Shown here in pieces: positions 51,728-62,418 of a stretch of 64,000 nucleotides of DNA (position 1 is its first letter; each line of letters begins with the position of its first letter). The position numbers were made by a program, and so were the translations under genes. The notes under the pieces are model-generated. The model was given only the letters and a program-made list of their open reading frames with translations, did not search any database and was not told the origin of the DNA. Origin of the DNA: an uncultured Chloroflexia bacterium (GTDB lineage: Bacteria > Chloroflexota > Dehalococcoidia > Dehalococcoidales > RBG-16-60-22); assembly GCA_963796365.1 (NCBI GenBank), contig CAWCLJ010000004.1, forward strand, positions 1,229,208-1,293,207. Reading direction: 5' to 3'.

Positions 51728-52498
51728 TTACCCGTGGGCTTTGCGGAAAGTTTCCATTTTCCGGGTATGGGTATTAAAAACCGGGTCTACCGGTTTTTTG
51801 GGTTTTTTCTCGGCCGGTGTTTTCTTTTCCACGGCGATAATCAGATGTTCTTCCTCCTTCAGGGTAAGAAGGGGTGAATGAGGTGAGGAATCTACGGGAG
51901 GGGTAGCGGGCGGGGTTTTCGTAGTAGTGTCTGAAAGCGGGGTTATTTTATCCGGCTGTAACATGACCACTTCCGGCAGTTTGCCGCGGCGGTTAAAGCT
52001 GCCGGACATGTGTGCTTTGCTTAAAGCGTTGGCGATGAGCCCGGCAATTACCATGATAAGGTCGGCGGTATCTTTTTCCAGTATTTTCCTGTTTTTTGAA
52101 GCGGTACCCAGCAGGCCCCAGGCCCGGTAAGTCATCAGCGGGACCGCTACCAGCCATTTATAGCCGGCCGCACGGAAAGAAGGCAGGCCGTATGTGCCGT
52201 CGTTATTAAGGTCGGGGATGACGATTTTGTTCCCCATCCCGATAATCTGCCCGCTGAATTCATGGGTCAGGTCCATCGAGGCCACTTCCGCCCGCATTTT
52301 GTCGGTAAAACCGCGGTCGCCGGCCAGGGAAAGGAGCTGTTTTTTACGGTCGCGGATAGTCTGTATCCAGCAGCATTCGATGTTTAAAATTTGGGAAAGT
52401 GTATCCAGGGCCGTACTGACCAGTTTTTCCGGCTCATTGGTAAGGGATAATGTCTCGTTAATTTCTCTGATTGCAGAGAAAACAGTTTCAGTTTTAAT
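51728..52498 (-). CDS. GAF-domain protein, probable ATT start
   Basis: Frame is open 67 codons upstream of the ATG at 52297 (IKTETVFSAIREINETLS...); VAVPL..GLLG..S GAF pattern. Confidence 0.6.
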   Translation of the reverse strand: MKTETVFSAIREINETLSLTNEPEKLVSTALDTLSQILNIECCWIQTIRDRKKQLLSLAGDRGFTDKMRAEVASMDLTHEFSGQIIGMGNKIVIPDLNNDGTYGLPSFRAAGYKWLVAVPLMTYRAWGLLGTASKNRKILEKDTADLIMVIAGLIANALSKAHMSGSFNRRGKLPEVVMLQPDKITPLSDTTTKTPPATPPVDSSPHSPLLTLKEEEHLIIAVEKKTPAEKKPKKPVDPVFNTHTRKMETFRKAHG

Positions 52499-52682
52499 GG
52501 CTGAAAACCCTCAAGAAAATGAGACCCGCTGCTATTATAAAACAAATAAAAACGGATGAAAAGTTTCAGGCGTAACAGTTTCGCGGGTATTCACCGATGG
52601 ATTCTGCATAAAAACCCGCAAATTTATAAAAAATTTGTAAAAAGTATTGACAAATTCAAAAATTCGTATTATTATGCGCAAC

Positions 52683-52949
52683 ATGACGATACAACACCAG
52701 CCGACCAAGCCGAGGTTCGCCAAAGGCCAGAAGGTCATCATCAAGCCGGTGAATGAAAACGGCCTTACGCAGCGCGAAAGCAGCGTTAATGAATACGCCG
52801 GGCAGACGGGGGAAGTGTCTAACTTTTACTGGATAAGCCCGCGCAGCGAGCAAATTTTCTATATCTATAAAATCAAAGTCGGCAAGGACAAAGAGGCGAA
52901 AAAGGAGATCGTGGTTTACGAGGACGAGCTGGAGCCGGTGCTCTGGTAG
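52683..52949 (+). CDS. Small hypothetical protein, SH3/KOW-like pattern
   Basis: F.KGQKV.I...YAGQTGEV...Y.I......EDEL; terminator hairpin follows. Confidence 0.6.
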   Translation: MTIQHQPTKPRFAKGQKVIIKPVNENGLTQRESSVNEYAGQTGEVSNFYWISPRSEQIFYIYKIKVGKDKEAKKEIVVYEDELEPVLW

Positions 52950-53060
52950 ATTAATTCAAGGCCGGATTGAAGAGGCTGCCGCGAGGCAGCCTTTTTTATT
53001 GGAGAAAAGAGGGGTGCGCAATTCAGGCACCCCCCAAATTCTTTAAAAAAACTGGGATAA

Positions 53061-54134
53061 CTATCGCATAGAGTGGAAGTTCCGGCTGAAGCCCTGGTGA
53101 CTGTGGCTGAAATTCCTGAAGTCTTTGAAGATGCCGAATTGATTACCGGTTGTTATCATCGAGCTTAACGCCATCAGACACTCCGAGTTATCTTCGCCGT
53201 ATTCGTTTCCATCCGGTTCGACCCAGCCGCCGTTATCAGCCTGTCCGCTTACCAGAAAAGTCCCGGCGGATTTGATGGCGTTCTGGACATTCTTCCCGTT
53301 CACGGTCTCCAACCCGAGAATTTCATATGCCGTGGTTTGGAACGTACCGGCATCCCAGGAACCGTCGCTCCCCTGTGCCGCCAGGATGGCCTGGGTATAT
53401 CCGGGGATAACTTTATCGAATCCTTTTACCTGGTCGAAGGCCCAGAGCAGGCTGCCGTAGCTTAGAATCGTATAATCGACTCCGCCCAGGGGAACATGCT
53501 CCCAATCGCCCGACCGCCGTATCAATTCCGTGGCAATGGCTTTAGCATACACCCAGTTGCCCACATCCATTGCCGCACGGATTTGCGATGCCAGGTCCCA
53601 ACCGGCCAGGGAAGCCCGGTTACCTTGAGTAATACTGATATATCTGTCTACGAGCTGTACCGGGGATTTATTATCAGTGATAATTTTGTACCAGTCAACG
53701 GCGGTCTTTAGATAGACGAAATTATGGGTATCTCTGCCGAGCTGGCATAAGAATTCAATATCGGTACTGTACGGTCGGTCGTCCCAGGTAGCGCCGTCTG
53801 CGACCATGGCCTGATATCTGGCGACCATAGTGTTGCCGCTGGCGATGGCCGCTTTAAGATAGGCGTTGTTTTTGGTTGCTTCCCAGGCATAGACCATGCC
53901 CAGCGCAGAAATACCCTGGACGTTTTCATAACTGTTTCCGGAGCCGATAATCCATTCCCACGAATTTTCGTATCCGGAATATGTTGCCTGAAGCGTGAGC
54001 ATATGGTCGGCACCCTGGATAAGGGCGTCTTTGACCCCGCTGTCTTTATCGGGGCCTTTCGCCAGGACCGGTGATGGCAGGATGATGGCGAGAATTAGTA
54101 CCGCCGTGAGTAGTAGTACCACATATTTTTTCAT
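53061..54134 (-). CDS. Secreted alpha/alpha-barrel protein with prenyltransferase-like QW repeats
   Basis: Signal peptide MKKYVVLLL..., AQGSDGSW, GQADNGGW. Confidence 0.6.
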   Translation of the reverse strand: MKKYVVLLLTAVLILAIILPSPVLAKGPDKDSGVKDALIQGADHMLTLQATYSGYENSWEWIIGSGNSYENVQGISALGMVYAWEATKNNAYLKAAIASGNTMVARYQAMVADGATWDDRPYSTDIEFLCQLGRDTHNFVYLKTAVDWYKIITDNKSPVQLVDRYISITQGNRASLAGWDLASQIRAAMDVGNWVYAKAIATELIRRSGDWEHVPLGGVDYTILSYGSLLWAFDQVKGFDKVIPGYTQAILAAQGSDGSWDAGTFQTTAYEILGLETVNGKNVQNAIKSAGTFLVSGQADNGGWVEPDGNEYGEDNSECLMALSSMITTGNQFGIFKDFRNFSHSHQGFSRNFHSMR

Positions 54135-54288
54135 CGCTCCTCCTTGCTTTTTGCACGCTAAAAGCGTGTAAGTATTTACCTGGTTATCCGGGCTGGCATA
54201 TCCTAGCACAATGTAAAAACCGTGTCAAATGATAATTACGGAACATGATAACGATTGGAATTTTAGCCGATGAATTCAGGGCCGCCGG

Positions 54289-54897
54289 TTATTTCCGGCT
54301 CACGAATTGGTTGCCATCTATCAGGAAGCGCCAGGGATATTCAATCGCTTCACCGGCATAATCGATATTGATGCGGGGCGTGGTGATGATATTAAAGGAG
54401 GCGGGTTTTTCGGGGGCGGTGATATAAAGCTCGTCGCCGCACAAATCGGCGCCGTTAAGGGACTTATCGATGCCCATCGCTTCGCAGAGCTTGGCCGGGC
54501 CGTTAGTCAGGTTAACCATGGCTTTATTATTGATTTGCGGAATCTGTCTCCGGCGGGCCATTAGGTCGATGCCCTCAACAGGTTCCAGCGCCCGCACCAG
54601 CACGGCGGCCGGAAAGCCGGCTTTCTGCGTGACAATATTAAAGCAATAGTGCATCCCGTAGATGAAATAGACGTAGGCATAGCCGCCTGGCCCGAACATT
54701 ACATCGTTACGGCCGGTCCTGCCCCGGTAGGCATGGGACGCGGCGTCATGCGGGCCGATGTAGGCTTCCGCTTCTACGATAATGCCCGCGGACGTTCCTT
54801 CTTTAGAGTTGCGGACGAAACGCATGCCTAAAAGCTCGTGCGCAATTATAATGGTGTCCCGTTCGTAAAAAGCACGCTTGAGTTTTTTGGATTTCAT
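54289..54897 (-). CDS. mpg: DNA-3-methyladenine glycosylase
   Basis: IVEAEAY.G..D.ASH, YVYFIYGMH.C.N, NGPAKLC, YPWRF. Confidence 0.9.
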   Translation of the reverse strand: MKSKKLKRAFYERDTIIIAHELLGMRFVRNSKEGTSAGIIVEAEAYIGPHDAASHAYRGRTGRNDVMFGPGGYAYVYFIYGMHYCFNIVTQKAGFPAAVLVRALEPVEGIDLMARRRQIPQINNKAMVNLTNGPAKLCEAMGIDKSLNGADLCGDELYITAPEKPASFNIITTPRINIDYAGEAIEYPWRFLIDGNQFVSRK

Positions 54898-54937
54898 AGG
54901 CGCGTTAAAAGAGGGAGGGGTTGGGGAGGAGTGAAAC

Positions 54938-54990
54938 TGGAGGCGACGGGCGGATTCGGACCGCCGAATAGGGGTTTTGCAGTCCTTTGC
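54938..54990 (-). mobile_element. att site: 3' fragment of tRNA-Cys(GCA)
   Basis: Minus strand GGACTGCAAAACCCCTATTCGGCGGTCCGAATCCGCCCGTCGCCTCCA; 5' half absent; GC drops to the right. Confidence 0.75.
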
Positions 54991-55239
54991 AGGCGGTCCC
55001 ACCCTATGTTTTCGGGTGTATTATAGCACCATCTTGTAGCTAAAAACAAGCATAATCATGGGGTTTCATATTGTCTGGTGATACCCCATGCTATCAAGTT
55101 GGTTAGCAAATCCGTTAGCAAAAATCTGGTATTCTAGCTAATAATAAAACGACTTTTCAAAGGGGATAGAATTCTTGGAAAAGAAAATGATTCTAAAACA
55201 AAATGGACGAATGTGATTTCGAGAAACGTGAATTTGCAG

Positions 55240-55455
55240 CTATTGGGAGAACTCGCCGACTACTGCAATTCGAAGAGAAGGCTCGTACTTCTTGAGGGTA
55301 CCAAAGGCAATTTCGGCTGGAAACCCATGACTCTTCCGCCAGTTTCGGTGCGGTGAATCGCCTGAATATGCAACGTGCTTGACCATCTCGCCCCATTTCT
55401 TGCTTGTTCGGCACACAGGGCAGGTAAAAAGATTGCTGAGATTCTTCGCTGGCAT
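55240..55455 (-). CDS. Small C2H2-type zinc finger protein
   Basis: CPVC-x10-H...H, GGAG RBS. Confidence 0.55.
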   Translation of the reverse strand: MPAKNLSNLFTCPVCRTSKKWGEMVKHVAYSGDSPHRNWRKSHGFPAEIAFGTLKKYEPSLRIAVVGEFSQ

Positions 55456-55532
55456 CAGACTCTCCTCCACGCCGTGTTTCTAATGCCCGAATTATAACAT
55501 CGCCCTGCGGAATTAGCCAATCCGCCCTCTGG

Positions 55533-56258
55533 TTAATTCTTTATGATAAATTTGATTTTATTAATAAGATTGGAGAAGAACTTGTGTCTTTTAGATAAAC
55601 TAATAGGGAGCAAATATTGAGGAATTTCGTAGGCTTTTATCTCACGAATTAAAAGATTATTCAGGAATTCATTTGGATTATTCGCAACTCCAACATTTTC
55701 AAGAATAAACCATTTTGAAAAGTGGGAAGAATTGTTACTTCCAATATCAACCCTAAAATAATGTTTACCAGGTTTTATCTGACCGCGCCACGGCAAAATA
55801 AAACAATTTGGGTCTCCTGTCATCTTTTCAATAATTGCAATATCTGCTGCCTCTCCACTGGCTATATCTATGAATTGGCCCGCATTCAGATTCGAGGACA
55901 TCCAGAATTTGTTACTGTTAGAGAATCCTGTAGGAGGTTGGAACAAGCGCTCCCAGTAGGCTCTGTCAAAGGTTGATGTTGTAGATCCTTGGGTCGTATT
56001 CTCATCGCCAGGAAGAGTAATCCATGCAAAGCATGAATGAGCATCTTGGCTGGGAAGGAGACTCCCGAATAACCAAGGCAGAGGTCGGTTTATAACACGA
56101 ATATGATTAGTTGCTTTATAAGAAGAATTTGGGCCAGCCGAAAGGCTCATCTCAGGAAGCAGGCTCATACTCAATCTTGGTTTTCTTATCCATTCATAAA
56201 TTCCGGTTGCAAACAAACCCGCAAATATACCACCCAATATATTTAAAATAATACTCAT
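55533..56258 (-). CDS. Hypothetical protein with N-terminal TM anchor
   Basis: Long AT-rich ORF with hydrophobic N-terminus. Confidence 0.55.
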   Translation of the reverse strand: MSIILNILGGIFAGLFATGIYEWIRKPRLSMSLLPEMSLSAGPNSSYKATNHIRVINRPLPWLFGSLLPSQDAHSCFAWITLPGDENTTQGSTTSTFDRAYWERLFQPPTGFSNSNKFWMSSNLNAGQFIDIASGEAADIAIIEKMTGDPNCFILPWRGQIKPGKHYFRVDIGSNNSSHFSKWFILENVGVANNPNEFLNNLLIREIKAYEIPQYLLPISLSKRHKFFSNLINKIKFIIKN

Positions 56259-56367
56259 TAATAAACTAAACCTCGTTTTTTGATGTTTAGTTGTACACAA
56301 TCATGACGTTGATATTCTAACATACAATTCCAAGAGGGTAACATTCCGCTATCTTGTTACCACCAGA

Positions 56368-57226
56368 CAAACATTGGGATTATTGTCCAGCCATGCGTAC
56401 GATTATCTAATACCTTTTAACTTTTCTATTAAATGAAAATCACTGGTGCACAAACACAATGAGTTTGCCCTTTCATACGTGCATTTCTATTTAAGTCATC
56501 ACATCAGGTATGATATATTAAATCCGTAATTTGCGCTTCATCATTGCTAGTAACCATAATACTGCTTACCTAAGCCTCAAATTGGAGATAGAAGAATGAA
56601 ACTTGTTCAAAACAATTTAGAAATCGAGATTCGTGCTGGTACCGTCCAAGATACACCTTTGATAATGTCGTTTATTAAGTCTATGGCGGAATTTGAGAAA
56701 CTGCAAGTTCGTGCAACAGAGGAGATTTTAAGAGAATCTCTTTTTTCTGATCATCCTACAGCATATACTCTATTAGCTTTTGTTAATGAACAGCCAATTG
56801 CCTATGCAGTTTATTTCTTTACATTTTCGACAATGGTCGGAAAGCGCGGTTTCTGGTTGGATGACTTGTTTGTAAGCCCTGAATTTCGTGGGAAGGGAAT
56901 TGGCAAGGCCGTAATGTCTTATTTGGCAGAGATTGCTATTCAAAATGATTGTGAACGTTTTGAATGGATGGTTCTTAACTGGAATAAACCTGCAATCGAT
57001 TTTTATAAAGCATTGGATGTAACAATTCTCAGTGAATGGCAGCTTTGCCGTCTCGATAACAAAAGAATAATAAATTTATATGCATCTAGAAACTATATCA
57101 TAAATTAGAACTGCATATTCATTGCGGAGCAATAATAGCAAGACTTCAATCCTAATCAAACATGGGGATGTATATCCAGCCATGCGTACGATTACTTAAT
57201 ACCTTTTAGCTTTTCTGCTAGGTGAA
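56368..57226. repeat. Pair of ~70-bp degenerate direct repeats (56368-56437, 57157-57226)
   Basis: Shared core TCCAGCCATGCGTACGATTA..TAATACCTTTTA.CTTTTCT. Confidence 0.8.
56596..57108 (+). CDS. GNAT acetyltransferase (diamine/SSAT-like)
   Basis: AEFEK, LDDLFV.PEFRGKGIG, VLNWN.PAIDFY. Confidence 0.9.
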   Translation: MKLVQNNLEIEIRAGTVQDTPLIMSFIKSMAEFEKLQVRATEEILRESLFSDHPTAYTLLAFVNEQPIAYAVYFFTFSTMVGKRGFWLDDLFVSPEFRGKGIGKAVMSYLAEIAIQNDCERFEWMVLNWNKPAIDFYKALDVTILSEWQLCRLDNKRIINLYASRNYIIN

Positions 57227-57398
57227 GTTACGGGACATCTAACCTTCTATGCAAACGTCTCATTTATTTAACAAATTGAGTTGTTGTTCAATACGAAGAC
57301 ATTTAACAAAAATACAATTCATTACTTACCGTTTTGGTATACGGAATTTAGTTACGTTGGTGAGTGCAAGAGCATTTTGGGTGAGATGGGTGATGTGG

Positions 57399-58127
57399 TT
57401 ATTTTTTATCGACTACTTCAAGTGTCTGTTTGAAATATTGATTAGTTCTTTGCATGAACATCTCGAGTGGCATGAGTGAACGGCTGATAATGCTCAGCGT
57501 TTCCTTGGATATTTTCCCGTCCTTTACCAGTAGGTGTCCGGCCTCTTCCGCTGCTTCCAGAACATCTTTTATCGGTGCGCCCATGTCCAGCATTGTCTTT
57601 AAAGCGCTACTGTGGGGCCGGAGGAGTGCACCAGCAAATTCACAGTCCAAGTTCCGGCACATTGCTTTCACATGCGCTATCAGCAACGCGAAATTATCTA
57701 TTTCATAGAAGGCACAACTGGATACCAGCACTACCTTGCGTTTCTTATTGCCTGTAATCTCCTGCCTGGGATGTCGACAATGACCATTACGCAACTCGAT
57801 AAATGGCTGCAACGTGGGTATCATTCTATCAATCAGGTTCTTCATTGGCCCACTAATCCCATCCACGTACAAAGGGCTGGCAAATACCGTCACGTCCGCA
57901 CCCGATTTGGGATACAGCATCTGCATATCATCCTTCTGGAAACACTGACCAGGCGTCTTCAGCCAACAATTAAACTCGCCCTGGCAGGGATTGATTTTCA
58001 GATCCATGGTATAGAATAACTCCACCTCCGCTCCGGCTTCTCTCATCCCCTTGAGGAAGGGATTGAGGATAAGAGCCGTGTTGCCCTTATCCTTATTGGG
58101 ACTGCTATTGAATACTAATATTTTCAT
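57399..58127 (-). CDS. Flavodoxin family protein
   Basis: NSSP..GNT, PCQG...CW..TPGQC..KDDM, ASPLY. Confidence 0.85.
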   Translation of the reverse strand: MKILVFNSSPNKDKGNTALILNPFLKGMREAGAEVELFYTMDLKINPCQGEFNCWLKTPGQCFQKDDMQMLYPKSGADVTVFASPLYVDGISGPMKNLIDRMIPTLQPFIELRNGHCRHPRQEITGNKKRKVVLVSSCAFYEIDNFALLIAHVKAMCRNLDCEFAGALLRPHSSALKTMLDMGAPIKDVLEAAEEAGHLLVKDGKISKETLSIISRSLMPLEMFMQRTNQYFKQTLEVVDKK

Positions 58128-58221
58128 TCCTGATATTCTCCTTTTACTTTAGTTAAGCTCATTGTTTATGATTTTTCCCTATTATCGTGTCGATACGCAA
58201 ATATCGTGAATTAATAATTAA

Positions 58222-58336
58222 TAATGGTCGCATAATTAAATGGATGCACTCTTTAGCCTCGAATTAAGGCATTTCGAGCATGGGAGAGGGTTGTAACGAG
58301 AGTAATTTGTGGGTTCAAATTATTATGAGACCATTA
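58222..58336. mobile_element. 115-bp MITE-like element
   Basis: 15-bp inverted ends TAATGGTCGCATAAT / ATTATGAGACCATTA, one mismatch. Confidence 0.55.
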
Positions 58337-58408
58337 GTAAGTGCGAACATCACCAATTTATCCTCCTTTTTACGATATATCTGGTGTCTTTTTTGGGAAT
58401 TAGGTCAA

Positions 58409-59944
58409 TTAGTCATCTTGCTTCGGAGGATGTACCCGCACCGGTAAAATAACAAGAGTAATTACCGCGGCCACCGCCATAACAACTGCCGCTACCACCA
58501 ATGCATGTGCTACGCCAGATGTAAATGCCGTTCTGGCTTCATCATTAATCATCGCTGACAACTGAATGTCGTGAACATTTTGGGCGGCAATTTGGGCCCC
58601 CTGGACGCTGTTGTGAATTAGCTGGATAACCTGTGCCGGCAATTGAACAGGCCAATTAACTTTATTAATGTTGGCTAAATAGGTGGAATTCATCAGGGTG
58701 CCAAGTGCCGCCACTCCAAGGGCGCCGCCGACCTGGCGGGTCGTGTCGTTCATGGCTGAGCCAACGCCGGCTTGACTAACGGGGATTGATCCCATGACAG
58801 AGTTCGTTGCCGGGCTCATCACCAGACCGATACCAAGGGACGAGATACAAAGGCCGAGTGCAATCTGACCGTAATCGGTGGTCACTGTAAGAATCCGGGA
58901 GAAATAGAAAAAGCCTATAGCTGCAATAATGGTGCCAAGGGCGACGGTATACTTGGTGCCAATCCGCTGGGCAACCATGGCCGACATCGCGGCGGCGACA
59001 AAGGCCGTCCCTGCCATAGGTAGCAGGCGTACTCCTGCTTGAAGCGGAGCATAACCTTGTACAGACTGCAGATATTGGCCCAGAAAGAAAAAAGACCCCA
59101 CCAAAGAGAATGCAACAAATGTCAAGGCCATGTTGGCTCCGGTGAACGACATGTTCTTGAAAAAGTTTAGTGGGAGCATGGCATTCCTGGCGCGGGCCTC
59201 CCATAAGGCGAAAAGGGTCAACAGAACGGCCGCTGGTCCGAAGGCGAACAACACGTTGTGGGCCGTCCAGCCATCCATCCCTGCCTCGATAATGGCATAC
59301 ACTAGGGAGAAAAGCCCAGCAATCGAGAAAATGACGCCAGGGACATCGGTTTTCCTCGGGTTCTCGGCCTTGGAGTTTTCGATGAAAAACTGCCCACCGA
59401 TGAGTCCGATGACCACGATAGGTATATTGATGTAGAAAATTGAACTCCAGCTGAAATGGTCCAGAAGGCCCCCTGCAATGAGCGGCCCGATACCCATTCC
59501 AAGCGCATAAACCGCTGTCCATATGGCAATGGCTTGAGCACGCTCTTTCGGGTTTAGGAACGTGGCAGTCAGAATCGAAAGGGTAGACGGCATAATAGTA
59601 GCACCACCCACACCCATCAATGCCCGCATGGCAATAAGGTTATCCGTGAACCTGGCAAGTGCAGCACCCAGCGAGAAGCAGCCAAATATCACCAAACCAA
59701 CCTGCAGTACTCTTTTTCGACCTAAACGGTCACCAATCGAACCGGTGGTCAACAATAACCCTGCAAAAACCAGGATGTAGGCATCCACAATCCATTGAAG
59801 CCCGCTGGCACTGGCTCCAAGATCTTTAGCAATCGCCGGCATGGCCATGTTCACCACAGTGTTATCCACTGAGATAATCAATAGTGAAAGCGTTAAAAAG
59901 CCGAGTGCGATCCATCTTCTCCGGTATCCCTTACTTTGTTCCAT
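58409..59944 (-). CDS. DHA2 (EmrB/QacA) MFS efflux transporter
   Basis: DNTVVN, GDRLGRKR, GP..GG, about 14 TM helices. Confidence 0.9.
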   Translation of the reverse strand: MEQSKGYRRRWIALGFLTLSLLIISVDNTVVNMAMPAIAKDLGASASGLQWIVDAYILVFAGLLLTTGSIGDRLGRKRVLQVGLVIFGCFSLGAALARFTDNLIAMRALMGVGGATIMPSTLSILTATFLNPKERAQAIAIWTAVYALGMGIGPLIAGGLLDHFSWSSIFYINIPIVVIGLIGGQFFIENSKAENPRKTDVPGVIFSIAGLFSLVYAIIEAGMDGWTAHNVLFAFGPAAVLLTLFALWEARARNAMLPLNFFKNMSFTGANMALTFVAFSLVGSFFFLGQYLQSVQGYAPLQAGVRLLPMAGTAFVAAAMSAMVAQRIGTKYTVALGTIIAAIGFFYFSRILTVTTDYGQIALGLCISSLGIGLVMSPATNSVMGSIPVSQAGVGSAMNDTTRQVGGALGVAALGTLMNSTYLANINKVNWPVQLPAQVIQLIHNSVQGAQIAAQNVHDIQLSAMINDEARTAFTSGVAHALVVAAVVMAVAAVITLVILPVRVHPPKQDD

Positions 59945-59979
59945 CAACTAATCTCCTTTCAATTACTGAAGTTAGATTA

Positions 59980-59997
59980 TTACTAATTTGTTAGTAA
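59980..59997. promoter_or_regulatory. Probable TetR operator upstream of the MFS gene
   Basis: TTACTAA-N4-TTAGTAA palindrome; related ACTAATTAACTAGT site upstream of tetR. Confidence 0.45.
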
Positions 59998-60049
59998 GAT
60001 ATTTATGAAAATAATAAGCTTTATAATACAATCCTTGTGTAATTCGGTC

Positions 60050-60673
60050 TTATCTTTTGAGAAAGCCAGACAAATATATCGAGACAAGGGTCTCAACCAC
60101 TTCGTTATCAGAAAAAGGCATTGGTGAGCCGCTTATAGATGCTGCTTGATCAGTTATATACATGTAAACTGTTTCTACAAACAGTCGTGCCGCTATTTCG
60201 GTATTGGTTTTGACAAAGGTCCCTTCATCGATCCTTTTACGGATGTGTTCGACTATCAAACCAAGCATTGGTGTTTCATCGACGTGAGTAAGCTCTCCGA
60301 AATTGATGCCTTCAAGCGAGCTGTGAATCGCCAACTTCAGGATTCTGGGGTCTTCTTGGTTGTGTTTGATGAGATGTAGCGCAATAGCCCGGAAAAAGCC
60401 GGCATCATCGCTAGCTTCCTCCAGGCTTGTTTTCAGTTCGTTGTTAATCGGGTGCCGGTGAAATAACACCGCTAACGCCGCTCTAATAAGTTCCTTTTTT
60501 GTCTTGAAATGCTGAAAGATAAGAGTACCGCTGATACCGGCCGCCTCGGCTATTTCATGAGTCCGGGTGGCGGCAAATCCTTTTTCGGCAAAAAGTGTCA
60601 ACGCGGTATCTATAATCTTCGCTTTCCGCTCTTCGCCGCTGATTCGTTCTCTTTGTTGGTCCTTTTTCGGCAT
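60050..60673 (-). CDS. TetR/AcrR regulator
   Basis: LFAEKGF..T...IAEAAGIS.TLIFQHFKTK. Confidence 0.9.
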   Translation of the reverse strand: MPKKDQQRERISGEERKAKIIDTALTLFAEKGFAATRTHEIAEAAGISGTLIFQHFKTKKELIRAALAVLFHRHPINNELKTSLEEASDDAGFFRAIALHLIKHNQEDPRILKLAIHSSLEGINFGELTHVDETPMLGLIVEHIRKRIDEGTFVKTNTEIAARLFVETVYMYITDQAASISGSPMPFSDNEVVETLVSIYLSGFLKR

Positions 60674-60835
60674 GTTGCCTCTTTATTATTAACTAGTTAA
60701 TTAGTATTATTTTAATGTTGAGATAATCGTTTGTCAATAGCTTTTCGAGGATACATAACGGGAGGTCGCACCAGCGGAAGTCAGAGATGAAGCTGGATTG
60801 TCAGTTTTGTGCAACTACAGGAAATGTTAGCAATC

Positions 60836-61309
60836 TCATTGCACAGTGAAATAGGTGGTTTGTGAGACGTTTTTCCCTTCAAAGCTTGCAGTAACGACTA
60901 TTAGCCAGGACCCGGAGGTCGTCCTAGTGCCTACCATCCAAGTCCATGAAACAGAGCCACTGCTATCTGCTGCCTTGGTCGAAAGTCCTTGAGCTTTGCT
61001 CGGGCCGCTTTTGTAATTCACAGTAATGCTACAATTCGCTCTAGGTACGGTTTTTGCCACCAAAGTGGCATTATGTCCAGGCAGTACTGGGGAAGTCACG
61101 GAGACAATTTCAAGTGTTAGCTCAGTCGTGGGTGTCGGATTTGTAGTCTGTGCAGGGGTTGGAGCAAGACTAACTGGTAAAGTACTTGAGGCCGTCAACG
61201 TTGGTGACGATTTTTCTATGGCCTGTGTAGGTACGGATGGAGCACAAGCCCCAAGCGAAAGTGTACCTATGACCAGGATTGCTAATATTGATCTTCGTAT
61301 TCTCTCCAT
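60836..61309 (-). CDS. Lipoprotein with Pro/Thr linker and Ig-like domain
   Basis: LGAC lipobox; GSVSWTW.VG. Confidence 0.7.
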   Translation of the reverse strand: MERIRRSILAILVIGTLSLGACAPSVPTQAIEKSSPTLTASSTLPVSLAPTPAQTTNPTPTTELTLEIVSVTSPVLPGHNATLVAKTVPRANCSITVNYKSGPSKAQGLSTKAADSSGSVSWTWMVGTRTTSGSWLIVVTASFEGKNVSQTTYFTVQ

Positions 61310-61413
61310 CCCAAACAGAGTATAGCACTCACTTCGGAACTGGGAAAGCTTTTTGTATATTAGAAATTGCGCGTTATTTCAATAGAGTGCCGTCGCAGTA
61401 TAATATAACCAAT

Positions 61414-62418
61414 ATGGCTAAGTTGTTGAAACGGGATTACCGGGATCAGCTTGACATCGATATTTTTAAGTCCGTATTGGACGAACTTATGGAATGTTAC
61501 CGCCAGGCGTTACATGCAGTTGAGTTGCTTCCCGGACATGGTGCTGTGCCAATAAATGAGTTACATTCTGAAATTTCTAAAACAATTAAAGTGAAGGGCA
61601 AGAAGGTTCTGAGAATCTCAAAGCGGAAAATAATAAAGCCAGACTGGGCCAGTTCTAGGTTTGCGGTTCGCTCCATCGCGAGAATGTATCTAAGGTCCCA
61701 CATCCGTTCAAAGTTAGGCACGATTGCTAATCGGCTGGAAATAGAATATCTTGGATATCGGCATAACGAAACAAATGCCTCTGAACGGCTCGATACAATA
61801 ATAAAAAAACTACGTGACTACAACGAGCGGTTCGCAACTAAAAAATCGGTGTTACCAAAGTTAGCGGGATGGTTATGGGCTATATTTGCTCCGTTATTCA
61901 CTACATATTTAAGTAGATTTGTATTACCACATCTAGAAGTATCCATGAATGGAATTCTAGTACAAATCGCAACGTATATGATCTTGTTAGGACTAATGGT
62001 TGGGCTTCCATTGTATTTTTTAGTGGTGTTAGGTGGATTTCGCTGGAAACGTCTAATCCTGTTGGGGCAGACCGGTGATGTTGATGTCAAGCTGGCGGCT
62101 TTCTTACGTTGGACACGAGCCCCCTTAGCAAACGCATATCAATCTGAAAATAGAGTATTCGAGATATTAAGTTTTCCAAAACCACGTGAATTTCCGTGGG
62201 ACCAAGTTCTGTCTCCCGACAAAGTCTGGGCGGCTTTCCTTTCATTTTCTATGTTATTGATACTCTTAGCTACACTTATTACGGTTAATCAATCTAATTG
62301 GGTAGCATTACTAATAATTATGGCTCTGACTTTTTTCTCAGTCTGGGTTTTAAGCCATTTTTTCTGGAACCCTATTTCAAAAACCATGAAACAAAGAATC
62401 CAAAGTAGTACTTGTTGA
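61414..62418 (+). CDS. Hypothetical membrane protein (about 4 TM)
   Basis: Long ORF with two hydrophobic hairpins; TATAAT just upstream. Confidence 0.6.
   Translation: MAKLLKRDYRDQLDIDIFKSVLDELMECYRQALHAVELLPGHGAVPINELHSEISKTIKVKGKKVLRISKRKIIKPDWASSRFAVRSIARMYLRSHIRSKLGTIANRLEIEYLGYRHNETNASERLDTIIKKLRDYNERFATKKSVLPKLAGWLWAIFAPLFTTYLSRFVLPHLEVSMNGILVQIATYMILLGLMVGLPLYFLVVLGGFRWKRLILLGQTGDVDVKLAAFLRWTRAPLANAYQSENRVFEILSFPKPREFPWDQVLSPDKVWAAFLSFSMLLILLATLITVNQSNWVALLIIMALTFFSVWVLSHFFWNPISKTMKQRIQSSTC

Noticed and set aside
54938-54990. Functional tRNA-Cys
   Set aside because: 5' half missing and T loop mutated
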